A DNA stretch of 64,000 nucleotides, taken from the NCBI GenBank assembly GCA_049609145.1, contig JBMYYF010000002.1:444466-508465 (forward strand), given 5' to 3'. This stretch comes from Alphaproteobacteria bacterium (GTDB taxonomy: Bacteria > Pseudomonadota > Alphaproteobacteria > SPJN01). The notes under the pieces were generated by a model. It was not told where the DNA came from, searched no databases, and was given only the letters and a program-made list of their open reading frames with translations. This document shows, piece by piece, positions 20,338-29,035 of the stretch. Numbering within the stretch: the stretch's first letter is position 1; each line of letters opens with the position of its first letter. The position numbers and the translations under genes are program-made.

Positions 20338-20524
20338 TTCAAAATCACTCCATCGGTTCCGTTTCTGGCTCCCAGCCCCCAAGCCACACGGCAAGAAACT
20401 GTTTTGCCTGCCCTGCGGGGTAATGTCTACCCCTCTTAACAGCAAGCTTGAGCCTCTCTTTTTCCGCTCGAATGCGGTCTAATTGTGGCCAGCATGTGAT
20501 CCTCACGAAGCTGTGAGCGGGGGA

Positions 20525-22219
20525 TCAATCCATTTTGAGGACTTTGCCGGGATTCATAACGCCTTTGGGGTCCAAGGCGGCCTTCACGGCTTTCAGCGCA
20601 GACAGGCCGATTTCACCTTTCTCAGCCGCCATCCACGGTTCGTGATCCCAACCCACCCCGTGATGATGGCTGATCGTGCCACCATTTTGATTAATCGCAT
20701 CAGATGCAGCTTTTTTGATGCGCTGCCATTGGCCCATCGGGTCATCGCCGCTGCGCGGAAAGGTGAAAGTGAAATAGAGACTGGTGCCATCGGTGTAGGA
20801 ATGACTGATGTGACACAACACAATGCCTGATTGGCCCTCTGGCGTTTCCCGGTCTATCGCATCTTTGATGGCGGATTGAACAGCCTTGTAGAGCGTATCC
20901 ATATTCGACCATGTTGTTGCCGTTTCCAGCGTATCCAACCCAATGCCGCGATCCATCATGGGGTCACGCAGGAAAGGGGAATGAAACCGCCCTTTATACC
21001 AGTTCTTGCCCGGCAAGGTGCCAAGGTGAAAACCCTTATTAGCTTTGGTGATGGCGCGCACGCTTTCAACCGAATGGCGCACCGAACGACGGTCTCCCTC
21101 ACAGCCCACCAATAGCAGGCACGGACGATCCCCCAGCTTTAGCCAATTCAGCACCTTTGGCGTCAGCGCTTGAATGCGGGGTGAAATTTTGCCCTTAAAA
21201 CCCATGTTGGCGAAGAAATAGGTTTCATCAGGATCAGACAGACGTGTCATGGCAACTGAAACACCCGATTGGGCAATCTGGCGAATAGCCTTTGCGCCAT
21301 CTTCATAATTGGCAAACAGATAGCCGCGATAATCCTTCTTGGAGGGCGCTTTCCTGATCCGTACCGTGGCCTCTGTCACCACGCCCAAAGTGCCTTCATG
21401 GCCCAGCACAAGCTGGTTCAGGTTCGCCGCCGCGGCAGAGGCGGGAAAGGCTTCCGTTTGCCAATGGCCGCCCGGCGTGGCCAATTTGGCGCTTTGCAAC
21501 CAGCGTTCTGCCTTGCCATAGCGGTTGGATTGTTGGCCCGCGCCGCGCGCCGATACCCAGCCGCCAAGCGTGGAAAACTCAAACGATTGGGGATAATGCC
21601 CCAGCGTATAACCTTGTGCCTGTAAAATTTCTTCCAGCGCCGGGCCATAGATGCCTGCTTCAAATGTGGCTGTCATGGCGATTTCATCTATCGCGATCAG
21701 CTTGTCCATGCGCGTTGTGTCCAGCGTAATCACGCCTAAATGGCCGGCCCCGCCGCGGGCCCACACCGCCCCCACGACTGACGAACCGCCGCCAAAGGGC
21801 ACAAGGGCAATGCGGTTCTCATGGGCGAAGTTCACCAGTGCCTGCACTTCTTCCCCATTGGCGGGATAAACCACCGCATCGGGGGCGAACTCAATATTAC
21901 CGGATCGCATTTCAACCAGATCGGCATAGCTTTTGCCGCGGGCATGAAAGGCGCGTTCATAATCGTCGGTTTTTACATTCTCGACCCCGACAATGGTGTT
22001 CAAGGTGTTCAGAATATCGGCCCCAAGCTGAATGGGGGGCAGGGTTGTTTCTTCCAGTGTGGCCGCGGGCGTTTCTGGCAATTTGCCGGTGCCTAAGGTG
22101 TCCCCCATCCAGTCAAACAGCAATTCTTGACGGTCGCCAATACCAGCATCGCTGCTATAGCGGCCCCAGCCATTCCAGCGCAATAAGGAACGATCGAAAT
22201 TCGTTTCTGTTTCACTCAT
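20525..22219 (-). CDS. FAD-linked oxidase of the alkyl-dihydroxyacetonephosphate synthase (AGPS)-like family
   Basis: 564 aa. It has the N-terminal LLRWNGWG motif, an FAD_binding_4 region (VPFGGGSSVVG) and a C-terminal TISHHHGVGWDH ... LDPKGVMNPGKVL. Confidence 0.8.
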   Translation of the reverse strand: MSETETNFDRSLLRWNGWGRYSSDAGIGDRQELLFDWMGDTLGTGKLPETPAATLEETTLPPIQLGADILNTLNTIVGVENVKTDDYERAFHARGKSYADLVEMRSGNIEFAPDAVVYPANGEEVQALVNFAHENRIALVPFGGGSSVVGAVWARGGAGHLGVITLDTTRMDKLIAIDEIAMTATFEAGIYGPALEEILQAQGYTLGHYPQSFEFSTLGGWVSARGAGQQSNRYGKAERWLQSAKLATPGGHWQTEAFPASAAAANLNQLVLGHEGTLGVVTEATVRIRKAPSKKDYRGYLFANYEDGAKAIRQIAQSGVSVAMTRLSDPDETYFFANMGFKGKISPRIQALTPKVLNWLKLGDRPCLLLVGCEGDRRSVRHSVESVRAITKANKGFHLGTLPGKNWYKGRFHSPFLRDPMMDRGIGLDTLETATTWSNMDTLYKAVQSAIKDAIDRETPEGQSGIVLCHISHSYTDGTSLYFTFTFPRSGDDPMGQWQRIKKAASDAINQNGGTISHHHGVGWDHEPWMAAEKGEIGLSALKAVKAALDPKGVMNPGKVLKMD

Positions 22220-22228
22220 GGGAGGCTC

Positions 22229-23200
22229 CTAAATTTTCAAGGTAATGGCGCCGGGTAACAGGCGCACTGTTGCGGGGGCAAGGCCGGGGGTTTCCCCGTC
22301 GATTTCAAAGGGCAGGGGTAGGGGGCTATCGCCTTGCGGAATAATTTCCACATTGCGCCCTCGCCTGAATGTTACGCGCTTGTGATCCAGCACTGTGCCA
22401 TTGCGCATGGCACCTGCGCTGGTGGCCACATCAATCAAATTGGTGTCGGCAATGCAGGTAATATCCAGCAAGCCATCAAAGGGGTCGGCGTGGGGGGCAG
22501 GCAATAAGCCCGAGCCGAAATATCGACCATTGCAAATGGCTAATGTGTTGATGGCAAATATGCCCTCATCCTTGCCATCCACCACCAATTGCACGGGCCG
22601 ATTGCGCCACGCCAGAAAGGCCCGTCCAATGGCCCAATTATAGGTGAACGTGCCGCCCAGCCTTTTTTGCCAGGTGGCGTCATCCACCCGCATACACACA
22701 TCCCCCGACATGCCGAAGCTTAAAATATTGTCGAAATAGCGATGGGTGGGGATGCCATCATGGGCCACAAAATCGCAACGTCCAATATCAAGCGGACGCG
22801 GCGTGCCATTGGCGATGCCGTCAATAAAATCTTGCTGCGTTTCAAGGCTGAAAGTGCGGCGAAAGTCTCCGCCTGTACCAGCCATCAGCAATGACAGGCA
22901 GGCGTGAGGATTGATTACGGTGTCGGTGCCGTCTTCGGCGAAAAAGCCGTTCACCACCTCATTCGTTGTGCCATCACCCCCAACGGCGATGATCTGAGTT
23001 GCGCCATTGCGCAATGCCTCGCGGGTTAGATCAATGGCTTGCCCGCGATCGGCGGTGAAACGAGCCTCTACCGGGCCGCCGGGTGTGCGTGTCCTTCGAT
23101 TGAGCGCTTGGTCCAACGCCAAATGCAGTTCGGCCCAGTTCTTGCCCGTGCGACCGCCATTGGAGGCGGGGTTAACAATGGCAACAATCTTTTGCTCCAT
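22229..23200 (-). CDS. diacylglycerol-kinase catalytic-domain lipid kinase (YegS/LCB5-like)
   Basis: I prefer start ATG 23200 (MEQKIVAIVNPASNGGRTGKNW), which overlaps the glpD stop as ATGA. The GGDGT nucleotide-binding motif is present (IIAVGGDGTTNEVVNG). Confidence 0.8.
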   Translation of the reverse strand: MEQKIVAIVNPASNGGRTGKNWAELHLALDQALNRRTRTPGGPVEARFTADRGQAIDLTREALRNGATQIIAVGGDGTTNEVVNGFFAEDGTDTVINPHACLSLLMAGTGGDFRRTFSLETQQDFIDGIANGTPRPLDIGRCDFVAHDGIPTHRYFDNILSFGMSGDVCMRVDDATWQKRLGGTFTYNWAIGRAFLAWRNRPVQLVVDGKDEGIFAINTLAICNGRYFGSGLLPAPHADPFDGLLDITCIADTNLIDVATSAGAMRNGTVLDHKRVTFRRGRNVEIIPQGDSPLPLPFEIDGETPGLAPATVRLLPGAITLKI

Positions 23201-24894
23201 CAGCCAAGTCCGTTTTCGGGCACGGCGAACGCCTTGTCGCAATCGGCAATTTCCTGCGCGATGCGCGCTTCATCCCAACCCAGTAGGGGCGCGGCAATAG
23301 CAGCGATGGCGGCAAGGGCGGTCCAGCCGGGATGTCCCAGCGTGCCAATGCCGGTGCGGCGGAAAACAATATCGCGCAGATTTTGCGCCATTTCGTTCTT
23401 GATGGCGCGCCGCACTTGCGCGGGCACTTCATAACGCCCCGGCGCCAAGGGGGCATCACCCGGCTCGATCAAATTGATGATCTCCGGTGCGCGTGAACCA
23501 TAGATGCTGGCCAGATAGCGCAGGGTGGCTTCATCTGCCGTGCCTTTGTGTTCGGCGGCAATTGCATTTTCGTAAGCGGTATAGCGCAGAATATTGCCGC
23601 CGAATAAAGGCGTGGTCGCGGTGGAGCATTCCGGCAAGATAGCGCTCAGTTCCGCCACAGCCTGATCCACCACTTGTTCTGCCAAATGGCGCGAGGTGGT
23701 CCACTTTCCGCCTAAGGCAGAAAGCAGGCCGGGATGACCGTCTTCCGCGTGGTCAAATATTTCTGCTGCGCGGCTGGCCCCATAGGTGTCATCAGCTTCT
23801 GCCGTGCCGGTGTCCACCTCTGTTTGGGTGTCAATCAAGGGGCGTAGGCCCGCATACGCATGCACAACATCTTTGCGGGTGATGGTCAGTCCCGGCAGCG
23901 CTTCGTTCACCAGTGACAGCAGCGCATCCACATCTTCATCCAGCGGGCGCACGCTATCGGGCGCGTCATCAAACTTGGTGTCGGTTGTACCGATGATGAT
24001 GTGGTCTCGCCACGGGATCATAAAGAAGTGGCTACCCTGCGCAGCAACGGCCATACCAATCGGGTGTCCATGTTCGGAAAGACCAAGGCCCAAAGTGTCG
24101 GGCACAATGACGTGAATACCCTTGGAACGGATGAGCCGCCGTGACGGTGCATCGCCGTCATTGGCGGCAAGGCCCATCACTTGATCAGCCCAAGGCCCCG
24201 CGGCATTGATGGTGAGCCGCGCCTTGATTGTGTGGCTTTCGCCGCTTAGCTCATCGCGCACGGTAACGCCCTCAACTTGTCCGTTTCCGGCAGTAAGAAG
24301 CCCCGTCGCCGCGGTGTAGTTGGCAATGGCCGTGCCGCGGGCAGCAGCCCCTTGCAAGCACTCCAGCACCATCCGTTCGGGATGCAGCATCTGGCAATCG
24401 TAATACAGTTGGGCACCTGTCAGCTTGTCGGGCTTGATGAAGGGCGCGCGGATTTCCGTATTTTGGCGGTTCATGCGCCGATGCCGTGGCACCTTCTTTT
24501 CCGGGTCCAGCGGTGCTTGGGTTAAGTTGCCCATAAAGTCGTAAGCGTGCAGGCCCAGCCCCAACACAAACGGCCCCTTCATGCCCCAACCATAGGTGGG
24601 CAGCATGAAGGCTAAAGGTTGCACCATATGCGGCGCGATGGTTTCCCAGATGTAACGTTCTTTCAGGCTTTCCAGCACCACGCCGAACTGCCCTTGCTTG
24701 AGATAGCGCAGGCCCCCATGGATCAACTTGGAAGAGGCAGCCGAGGTCCATTGGCCGAAATCGTCTTTTTCTACCAAGGCAACTTTCAGGCCGCGCAGCG
24801 TGGCATCCCACGCAATGGTAGCGCCGGTAACGCCACCGCCAATAATGGCTAGATCAAATTCCGTATCGGCAAAGGCCGTTAAATCCCGTTTCAT
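23200..24894 (-). CDS. glpD: FAD-dependent glycerol-3-phosphate dehydrogenase
   Basis: 564 aa. It has the dinucleotide fold DLAIIGGGVTGATIAWDATLRGLKVALVEKDDF, followed by SSKLIHGGLRYL and a C-terminal GlpD-type domain. Confidence 0.88.
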   Translation of the reverse strand: MKRDLTAFADTEFDLAIIGGGVTGATIAWDATLRGLKVALVEKDDFGQWTSAASSKLIHGGLRYLKQGQFGVVLESLKERYIWETIAPHMVQPLAFMLPTYGWGMKGPFVLGLGLHAYDFMGNLTQAPLDPEKKVPRHRRMNRQNTEIRAPFIKPDKLTGAQLYYDCQMLHPERMVLECLQGAAARGTAIANYTAATGLLTAGNGQVEGVTVRDELSGESHTIKARLTINAAGPWADQVMGLAANDGDAPSRRLIRSKGIHVIVPDTLGLGLSEHGHPIGMAVAAQGSHFFMIPWRDHIIIGTTDTKFDDAPDSVRPLDEDVDALLSLVNEALPGLTITRKDVVHAYAGLRPLIDTQTEVDTGTAEADDTYGASRAAEIFDHAEDGHPGLLSALGGKWTTSRHLAEQVVDQAVAELSAILPECSTATTPLFGGNILRYTAYENAIAAEHKGTADEATLRYLASIYGSRAPEIINLIEPGDAPLAPGRYEVPAQVRRAIKNEMAQNLRDIVFRRTGIGTLGHPGWTALAAIAAIAAPLLGWDEARIAQEIADCDKAFAVPENGLG

Positions 24895-24943
24895 GGAACC
24901 CTCTTGAAATGTTGCCTAAAGTCTAGCCGATTGCACCGCAACG

Positions 24944-24972
24944 AAAAAGGGCGACCGATTGGCCGCCCTTTT
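24944..24972 (-). terminator. rho-independent terminator downstream of the minus-strand TonB-dependent receptor
   Basis: Stem GGGCGACC-gatt-GGCCGCCC (one mismatch). It is flanked by AAAAA on the plus strand (U-tract for the minus-strand transcript) and by TTTT on the other side. Confidence 0.55.
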
Positions 24973-24995
24973 CACGAAGTGATCTATTGAGTGCT

Positions 24996-27518
24996 TTAGA
25001 AGCTGAACCCCAATTCCGCGGTAATGGTGCGCGGTGGCGTAGGTGTACCAAAATGAGAGCCCACAAAGGTGGGGACGTCGGCGCCGGTGTAATATTCGTT
25101 CACATCGGTCAAATTGGTGCCAAAGATGGTGAAATGCCAGGTTTCTTCAACGCTGCGCAAACCAAGGCGTGCGCGCACGATGACGGCCCCGGGGCGAATG
25201 TCAAACGGGTCGTGGTCAAGGGCGTTGAACTGGCTGGAGGAATAGTTGAAACCAGCCGCCGCAATCAGGCGCACAGGCCAATCAAACAATTGCTTGTCCA
25301 AACCAAGATCAGCGTTGAACACCCATTCAGGTGCATTTACCAAGCGCTCGTCCGCCAAGTCGCAAGAACCGGGCGAAGTCACGCCGACAAAGTTGGTAAG
25401 GAAATTGGGGAATTGCGCCCCAAGTTCGGCCGGGCAGGGGCCGCCGGGAAAGCTGTCAAACACAGCATCTGTCCAAGCACCCGAGAAGGAAAGCATCAGC
25501 CATTCTGCCAAGGCTAGGCCGCCTTCCATTTCAATGCCGGTGATTTGCGCAGTAGCTGCGTTCACCACCACAAAGCCCGTGCCGTTAAAGGCCGTGGTTT
25601 GCAGATCCTTGTAATCAGAATAGAAGGCAGAAATATTAAGCCGTGCTGCACCATCCAACAAAGTTGACTTGATGCCAACTTCATAGACGTTGGATTTTTC
25701 GCTCTCATATTCCAGCTCGCCGGGGTTCAAGGCTTGGGCGTTGAAACCGCCGGATTTAAATCCGCGCGCGGCGGTGATGTAAGTCATGATGTCATCATTC
25801 CACTGATAAGCCGCAGAGACTTTGGGGCTGATGTCATATTCCTTGCGTTCCACTTGCGCCGCAAATTGTACGTTGCCCGGTTGGAATGCCGGGAAGGCAA
25901 TGGAGCCACCGGGGTTTGGCGGAAATTCACCTTCTATACCCGTGCGTTCGTTCACCAGACGATGATCATAGGTCAGTTCCTTGCGTTCAATCGTGCCGCG
26001 CAAGCCCACTGTTATGGCAAGGTCTTCGGTGGCGTGCCACGTGCCTTGACCAAACAAGGCGTAAGAGGTGGAGAGTTGATCAAAATCAGTCAACGAACTT
26101 TCAATTTTGATGGGGCTGTCAGAGCCCGCCAAAGCCATATCAAGCTGAATACGCGCTTGGGTTTGTTGGCCGGCCAATGTGCCAAGCAGGGCATTGTCAT
26201 ATTGCTGATCGACAGCACCGGTAAGTTCGCCAACTTCTGCCAATTCCAAATAGTCGGTCACGTTAAATACGGCAATCACATTGGATTGGAAGAAGTATGC
26301 CCCAACCACATATTCTACATCACCGGGGGGTGAGGTGAGGCGTAGCTCTTCTGAAATTTGGGTGTAATTTTCGTCATTGTTCAGTTGCAGGAACGGAATG
26401 GGCGAAAAGTCTGCATCATACTGTACGTCTTCATCCATCCACGCATAGTTCAATACATTGGTCAGCGTAAAGTCGCCGCCCAGAATGTCCCAATTGGTGA
26501 TTGAGGTAACATCCCATGTTTCGCGATCTGCATAGCCTTCCGTATCGGTGTGGCTTTTTTCGTCGGAAAGACTGTCATCCACATTGGCGTCAAAAACTTC
26601 CATTGCAGCGCGATGGCGCGGCAACACTTTCAGTAATTGCTGGCCGGGGCCTTCTTGATCAACGGTCGCCCCATTCACAGATAGCACAGTGTTGAAAGTG
26701 CCGGTTGGCTCCCAGCGTATTTTGAGGCGCGCATTTGTGGTGTCCAGATTGTTCTCATTCATGCCGCGGGTCGTGTTGAAAATGCGGCCATCGCGGGCCT
26801 CATCCAAAAAGGCGACACGGAAGGAAAGGTCTTCGCTGAACATCGGGCCTTGGAAGGCCCCCCGCACGCGGTAGTGATTGTCTTCGCCGCCAAGCAGCTC
26901 ACCATTGCCTGCCCATTCTGCTTCTGGGTTAACCGTGCGCAGATGCAACACCCCGGCAACAGAGTTTTTGCCGAACAACGTGCCTTGTGGACCGCGCAGC
27001 ACTTCAATCGCGTAAAGGTCCAGCATCCCGTTGGAGAGGTATGAGGGGCGACCATAGAAAACTTCGTCGATAATCGTGGCGACGGATTGTTCAAACCCAC
27101 GATTGTAGCCCGAGCCAATGCCGCGCATATAAATGTAGTTAAAGGTTGGGCTGGCTTCGATGTGCAGGTTAGGCACGTCGGCGGCCACATCTTCAAGGTT
27201 TGCCAGGTTCTTTTCTTTCAGCGTTTCGCCGCCAATGGCAGAAACTGAAAGGGGTACGTCTTGAATGTCTTCGGCGCGCTTTTGCGCGGTCACAACAATT
27301 TCGTCCAGCCGCGGCCCGCTGGAAGCCGCAGGGGGCGGTGTGGCAGCGTCGTCGCTGGCATCCGTTTCTGTGTCGGCTAACTCTTCAACAGGCGCAGTGT
27401 CATCGTTCAGGAAATCAAGCCCATCGTCATCACCTTCTTGGGCGAACCCGTATCCGCCCGCCGCAAGTGTTACAGCCGTAGCCAAGACGGTTGTCCGTAA
27501 AAACGTGTTTACATCCAT
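24996..27518 (-). CDS. TonB-dependent receptor (paralogous type to 15170..17575)
   Basis: 840 aa with signal peptide ..GYGFAQ and an acidic linker. It has the TonB box/plug LDEIVVTAQKRAEDIQDVPLSVSA and IEVLRGPQGTLFGKNSVAGV, and a terminal aromatic residue (ELGFSF). Confidence 0.9.
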   Translation of the reverse strand: MDVNTFLRTTVLATAVTLAAGGYGFAQEGDDDGLDFLNDDTAPVEELADTETDASDDAATPPPAASSGPRLDEIVVTAQKRAEDIQDVPLSVSAIGGETLKEKNLANLEDVAADVPNLHIEASPTFNYIYMRGIGSGYNRGFEQSVATIIDEVFYGRPSYLSNGMLDLYAIEVLRGPQGTLFGKNSVAGVLHLRTVNPEAEWAGNGELLGGEDNHYRVRGAFQGPMFSEDLSFRVAFLDEARDGRIFNTTRGMNENNLDTTNARLKIRWEPTGTFNTVLSVNGATVDQEGPGQQLLKVLPRHRAAMEVFDANVDDSLSDEKSHTDTEGYADRETWDVTSITNWDILGGDFTLTNVLNYAWMDEDVQYDADFSPIPFLQLNNDENYTQISEELRLTSPPGDVEYVVGAYFFQSNVIAVFNVTDYLELAEVGELTGAVDQQYDNALLGTLAGQQTQARIQLDMALAGSDSPIKIESSLTDFDQLSTSYALFGQGTWHATEDLAITVGLRGTIERKELTYDHRLVNERTGIEGEFPPNPGGSIAFPAFQPGNVQFAAQVERKEYDISPKVSAAYQWNDDIMTYITAARGFKSGGFNAQALNPGELEYESEKSNVYEVGIKSTLLDGAARLNISAFYSDYKDLQTTAFNGTGFVVVNAATAQITGIEMEGGLALAEWLMLSFSGAWTDAVFDSFPGGPCPAELGAQFPNFLTNFVGVTSPGSCDLADERLVNAPEWVFNADLGLDKQLFDWPVRLIAAAGFNYSSSQFNALDHDPFDIRPGAVIVRARLGLRSVEETWHFTIFGTNLTDVNEYYTGADVPTFVGSHFGTPTPPRTITAELGFSF

Positions 27519-27691
27519 TTTAGAACCCTCATTTGAAACTTGTGCGGAGTTATCTCCGTCATTTAGCTTTGTTGGGGTTAACTTACCCTAAAACCCGAGT
27601 AATAGGCGAGTCGCCCAAGCGCGGCATTCTTGCCAAATGGGCGCGATCCGCTTAGCCTGCGGCAAGTTTGCAACACAAGGGGGAACCAACC

Positions 27692-28603
27692 ATGCCAACA
27701 ACCAATGTCAGAGGCGTTGAAATCGCCTATGAAACCACGGGAAATCCAGCCGATCCGGCCTTGCTTATCATTATGGGGCTGGGCAGCCAATTGGTGCACT
27801 GGCCCGATGAACTGGTAGACGGTTTGGCCGCGCGTGGCTATTTCGTTATTCGCCCCGATAACCGGGATGTGGGCCTGTCGCAAAAATTCACCGACAAAGG
27901 CGTGCCTGATCTGCCGCAATTGATGATGGATATGGCCGCGGGCAAAAACCCGGAAGGGCCTTACACCGTATCTGATATGGCCGCTGATGCTGTCGGCGTG
28001 TTGGATGCGCTGGGCATCGATAAGGCGCATATTATGGGGGTCTCCATGGGGGGCATGATTGTGCAGCATATCGCGGCAGAATTTCCCGACCGCGTGAAGA
28101 CCCTGATCCCGATTATGACGACAACCGGTGCGCCGGGCCTTAGCGCCGCCACGCCGGAGGCCATGGGCGCATTGTTGACCCCCGCCACGTCCTCCGCGCG
28201 GGAAGATGTGTTGGCGCGTAATCGTGAGGTGCGCCACATCATCGGCTCGCCCGGTTATCCTTCTGACAATGCCCGGATCGATGATTATGCAGGCCGCGCC
28301 TATGATCGTTGTTATCATCCGGAAGGGCAGGCGCGTCAGATGGCGGCAGTGGTCAGCTCCGGCCCGCGCCATGAGCTGATCGCGGGGATCAAAACCCCCA
28401 CGCTGGTGATCCATGGGGTGGATGATCCCTTGGTGCCGGTGGATGGCGGGCGCGATATCGCCGCTCGCATTGAGGGCGCTGAGATCGTTGAGATCGAAGG
28501 CTATGGCCATGATCTGCCGCTGGAACTCACTGATCGCTTTGTTGCGCTGATCTGCGATTTTGCGGACAAGGTGGAAGGCCGCACGGCCCAAGCCGCGGAA
28601 TAA
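27692..28603 (+). CDS. alpha/beta-fold hydrolase
   Basis: The track ORF starts at 27668; ATG 27692 (MPTTNVRGVEIAYETTGN) is preceded by AGGGGGA. It has the nucleophile elbow GVSMGG and a distal HG..D / GYGHD catalytic His region. Confidence 0.8.
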   Translation: MPTTNVRGVEIAYETTGNPADPALLIIMGLGSQLVHWPDELVDGLAARGYFVIRPDNRDVGLSQKFTDKGVPDLPQLMMDMAAGKNPEGPYTVSDMAADAVGVLDALGIDKAHIMGVSMGGMIVQHIAAEFPDRVKTLIPIMTTTGAPGLSAATPEAMGALLTPATSSAREDVLARNREVRHIIGSPGYPSDNARIDDYAGRAYDRCYHPEGQARQMAAVVSSGPRHELIAGIKTPTLVIHGVDDPLVPVDGGRDIAARIEGAEIVEIEGYGHDLPLELTDRFVALICDFADKVEGRTAQAAE

Positions 28604-28606
28604 GCA

Positions 28607-28990
28607 GTGACGGCGGCCTTGCACAAAACCGGACAAACCCTGCTGGCAGCCTTGGTGCTGCTGGCAAGTGTTTGCCTGTGCATGGCGCCCTTGCCGGTCG
28701 CGCCACAGCTAGACACCGCTCACGCCCATCACGCCGATCAGGCAATGACAATGGCAATGGCAGATGATATGCCCGCGCCGTGTAATGAGACCAACCCGCC
28801 CTGTCATGTGGTGGCGGAAGCCGACAACATCAAGCCGGCGCCCGCTATTGTGGTGCCGCACAGTGTTGTGGCCATCACCGTCTATGCACCCGCAAGCGTG
28901 TTGAAAACCCGGCAGCCATTGACGCGCCTGTCACATTGGGCGCGCCCACCACCTGATCCCGTATCCTACAGGGATCGCAGCCTTACCTGA
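28607..28990 (+). CDS. hypothetical small membrane/secreted protein with a His/Met patch and a Cys pair, immediately upstream of copA (tentative)
   Basis: 127 codons from GTG 28607, 4 nt after the hydrolase stop. It has a hydrophobic N-terminus (LLAALVLLASVCLCMAPL), then HAHHADQAMTMAMADDMPAPCNETNPPCH. G/C is enriched at third codon positions, consistent with coding. I recognise no family. Confidence 0.4.
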   Translation: MTAALHKTGQTLLAALVLLASVCLCMAPLPVAPQLDTAHAHHADQAMTMAMADDMPAPCNETNPPCHVVAEADNIKPAPAIVVPHSVVAITVYAPASVLKTRQPLTRLSHWARPPPDPVSYRDRSLT

Positions 28991-29035
28991 TCTCCCCGTT
29001 TCATTTTCACGTAATTTGAAACACAGGAGAATACT

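Noticed and set aside
27519-27691. Possible riboswitch (e.g. cobalamin) in the 5' leader of the TonB-dependent receptor
   Set aside because: I could not find a B12-box or any other conserved riboswitch core by eye. A covariance-model scan would be needed, so it is not reported.
27578-28636. 352-aa minus-strand ORF covering the alpha/beta hydrolase gene
   Set aside because: It is an antisense shadow ORF of a GC-rich gene. Its Arg/His/Gly/Cys-rich, low-complexity-like translation has no recognisable motifs, whereas the plus-strand frame has clear alpha/beta-hydrolase motifs and a Shine-Dalgarno.
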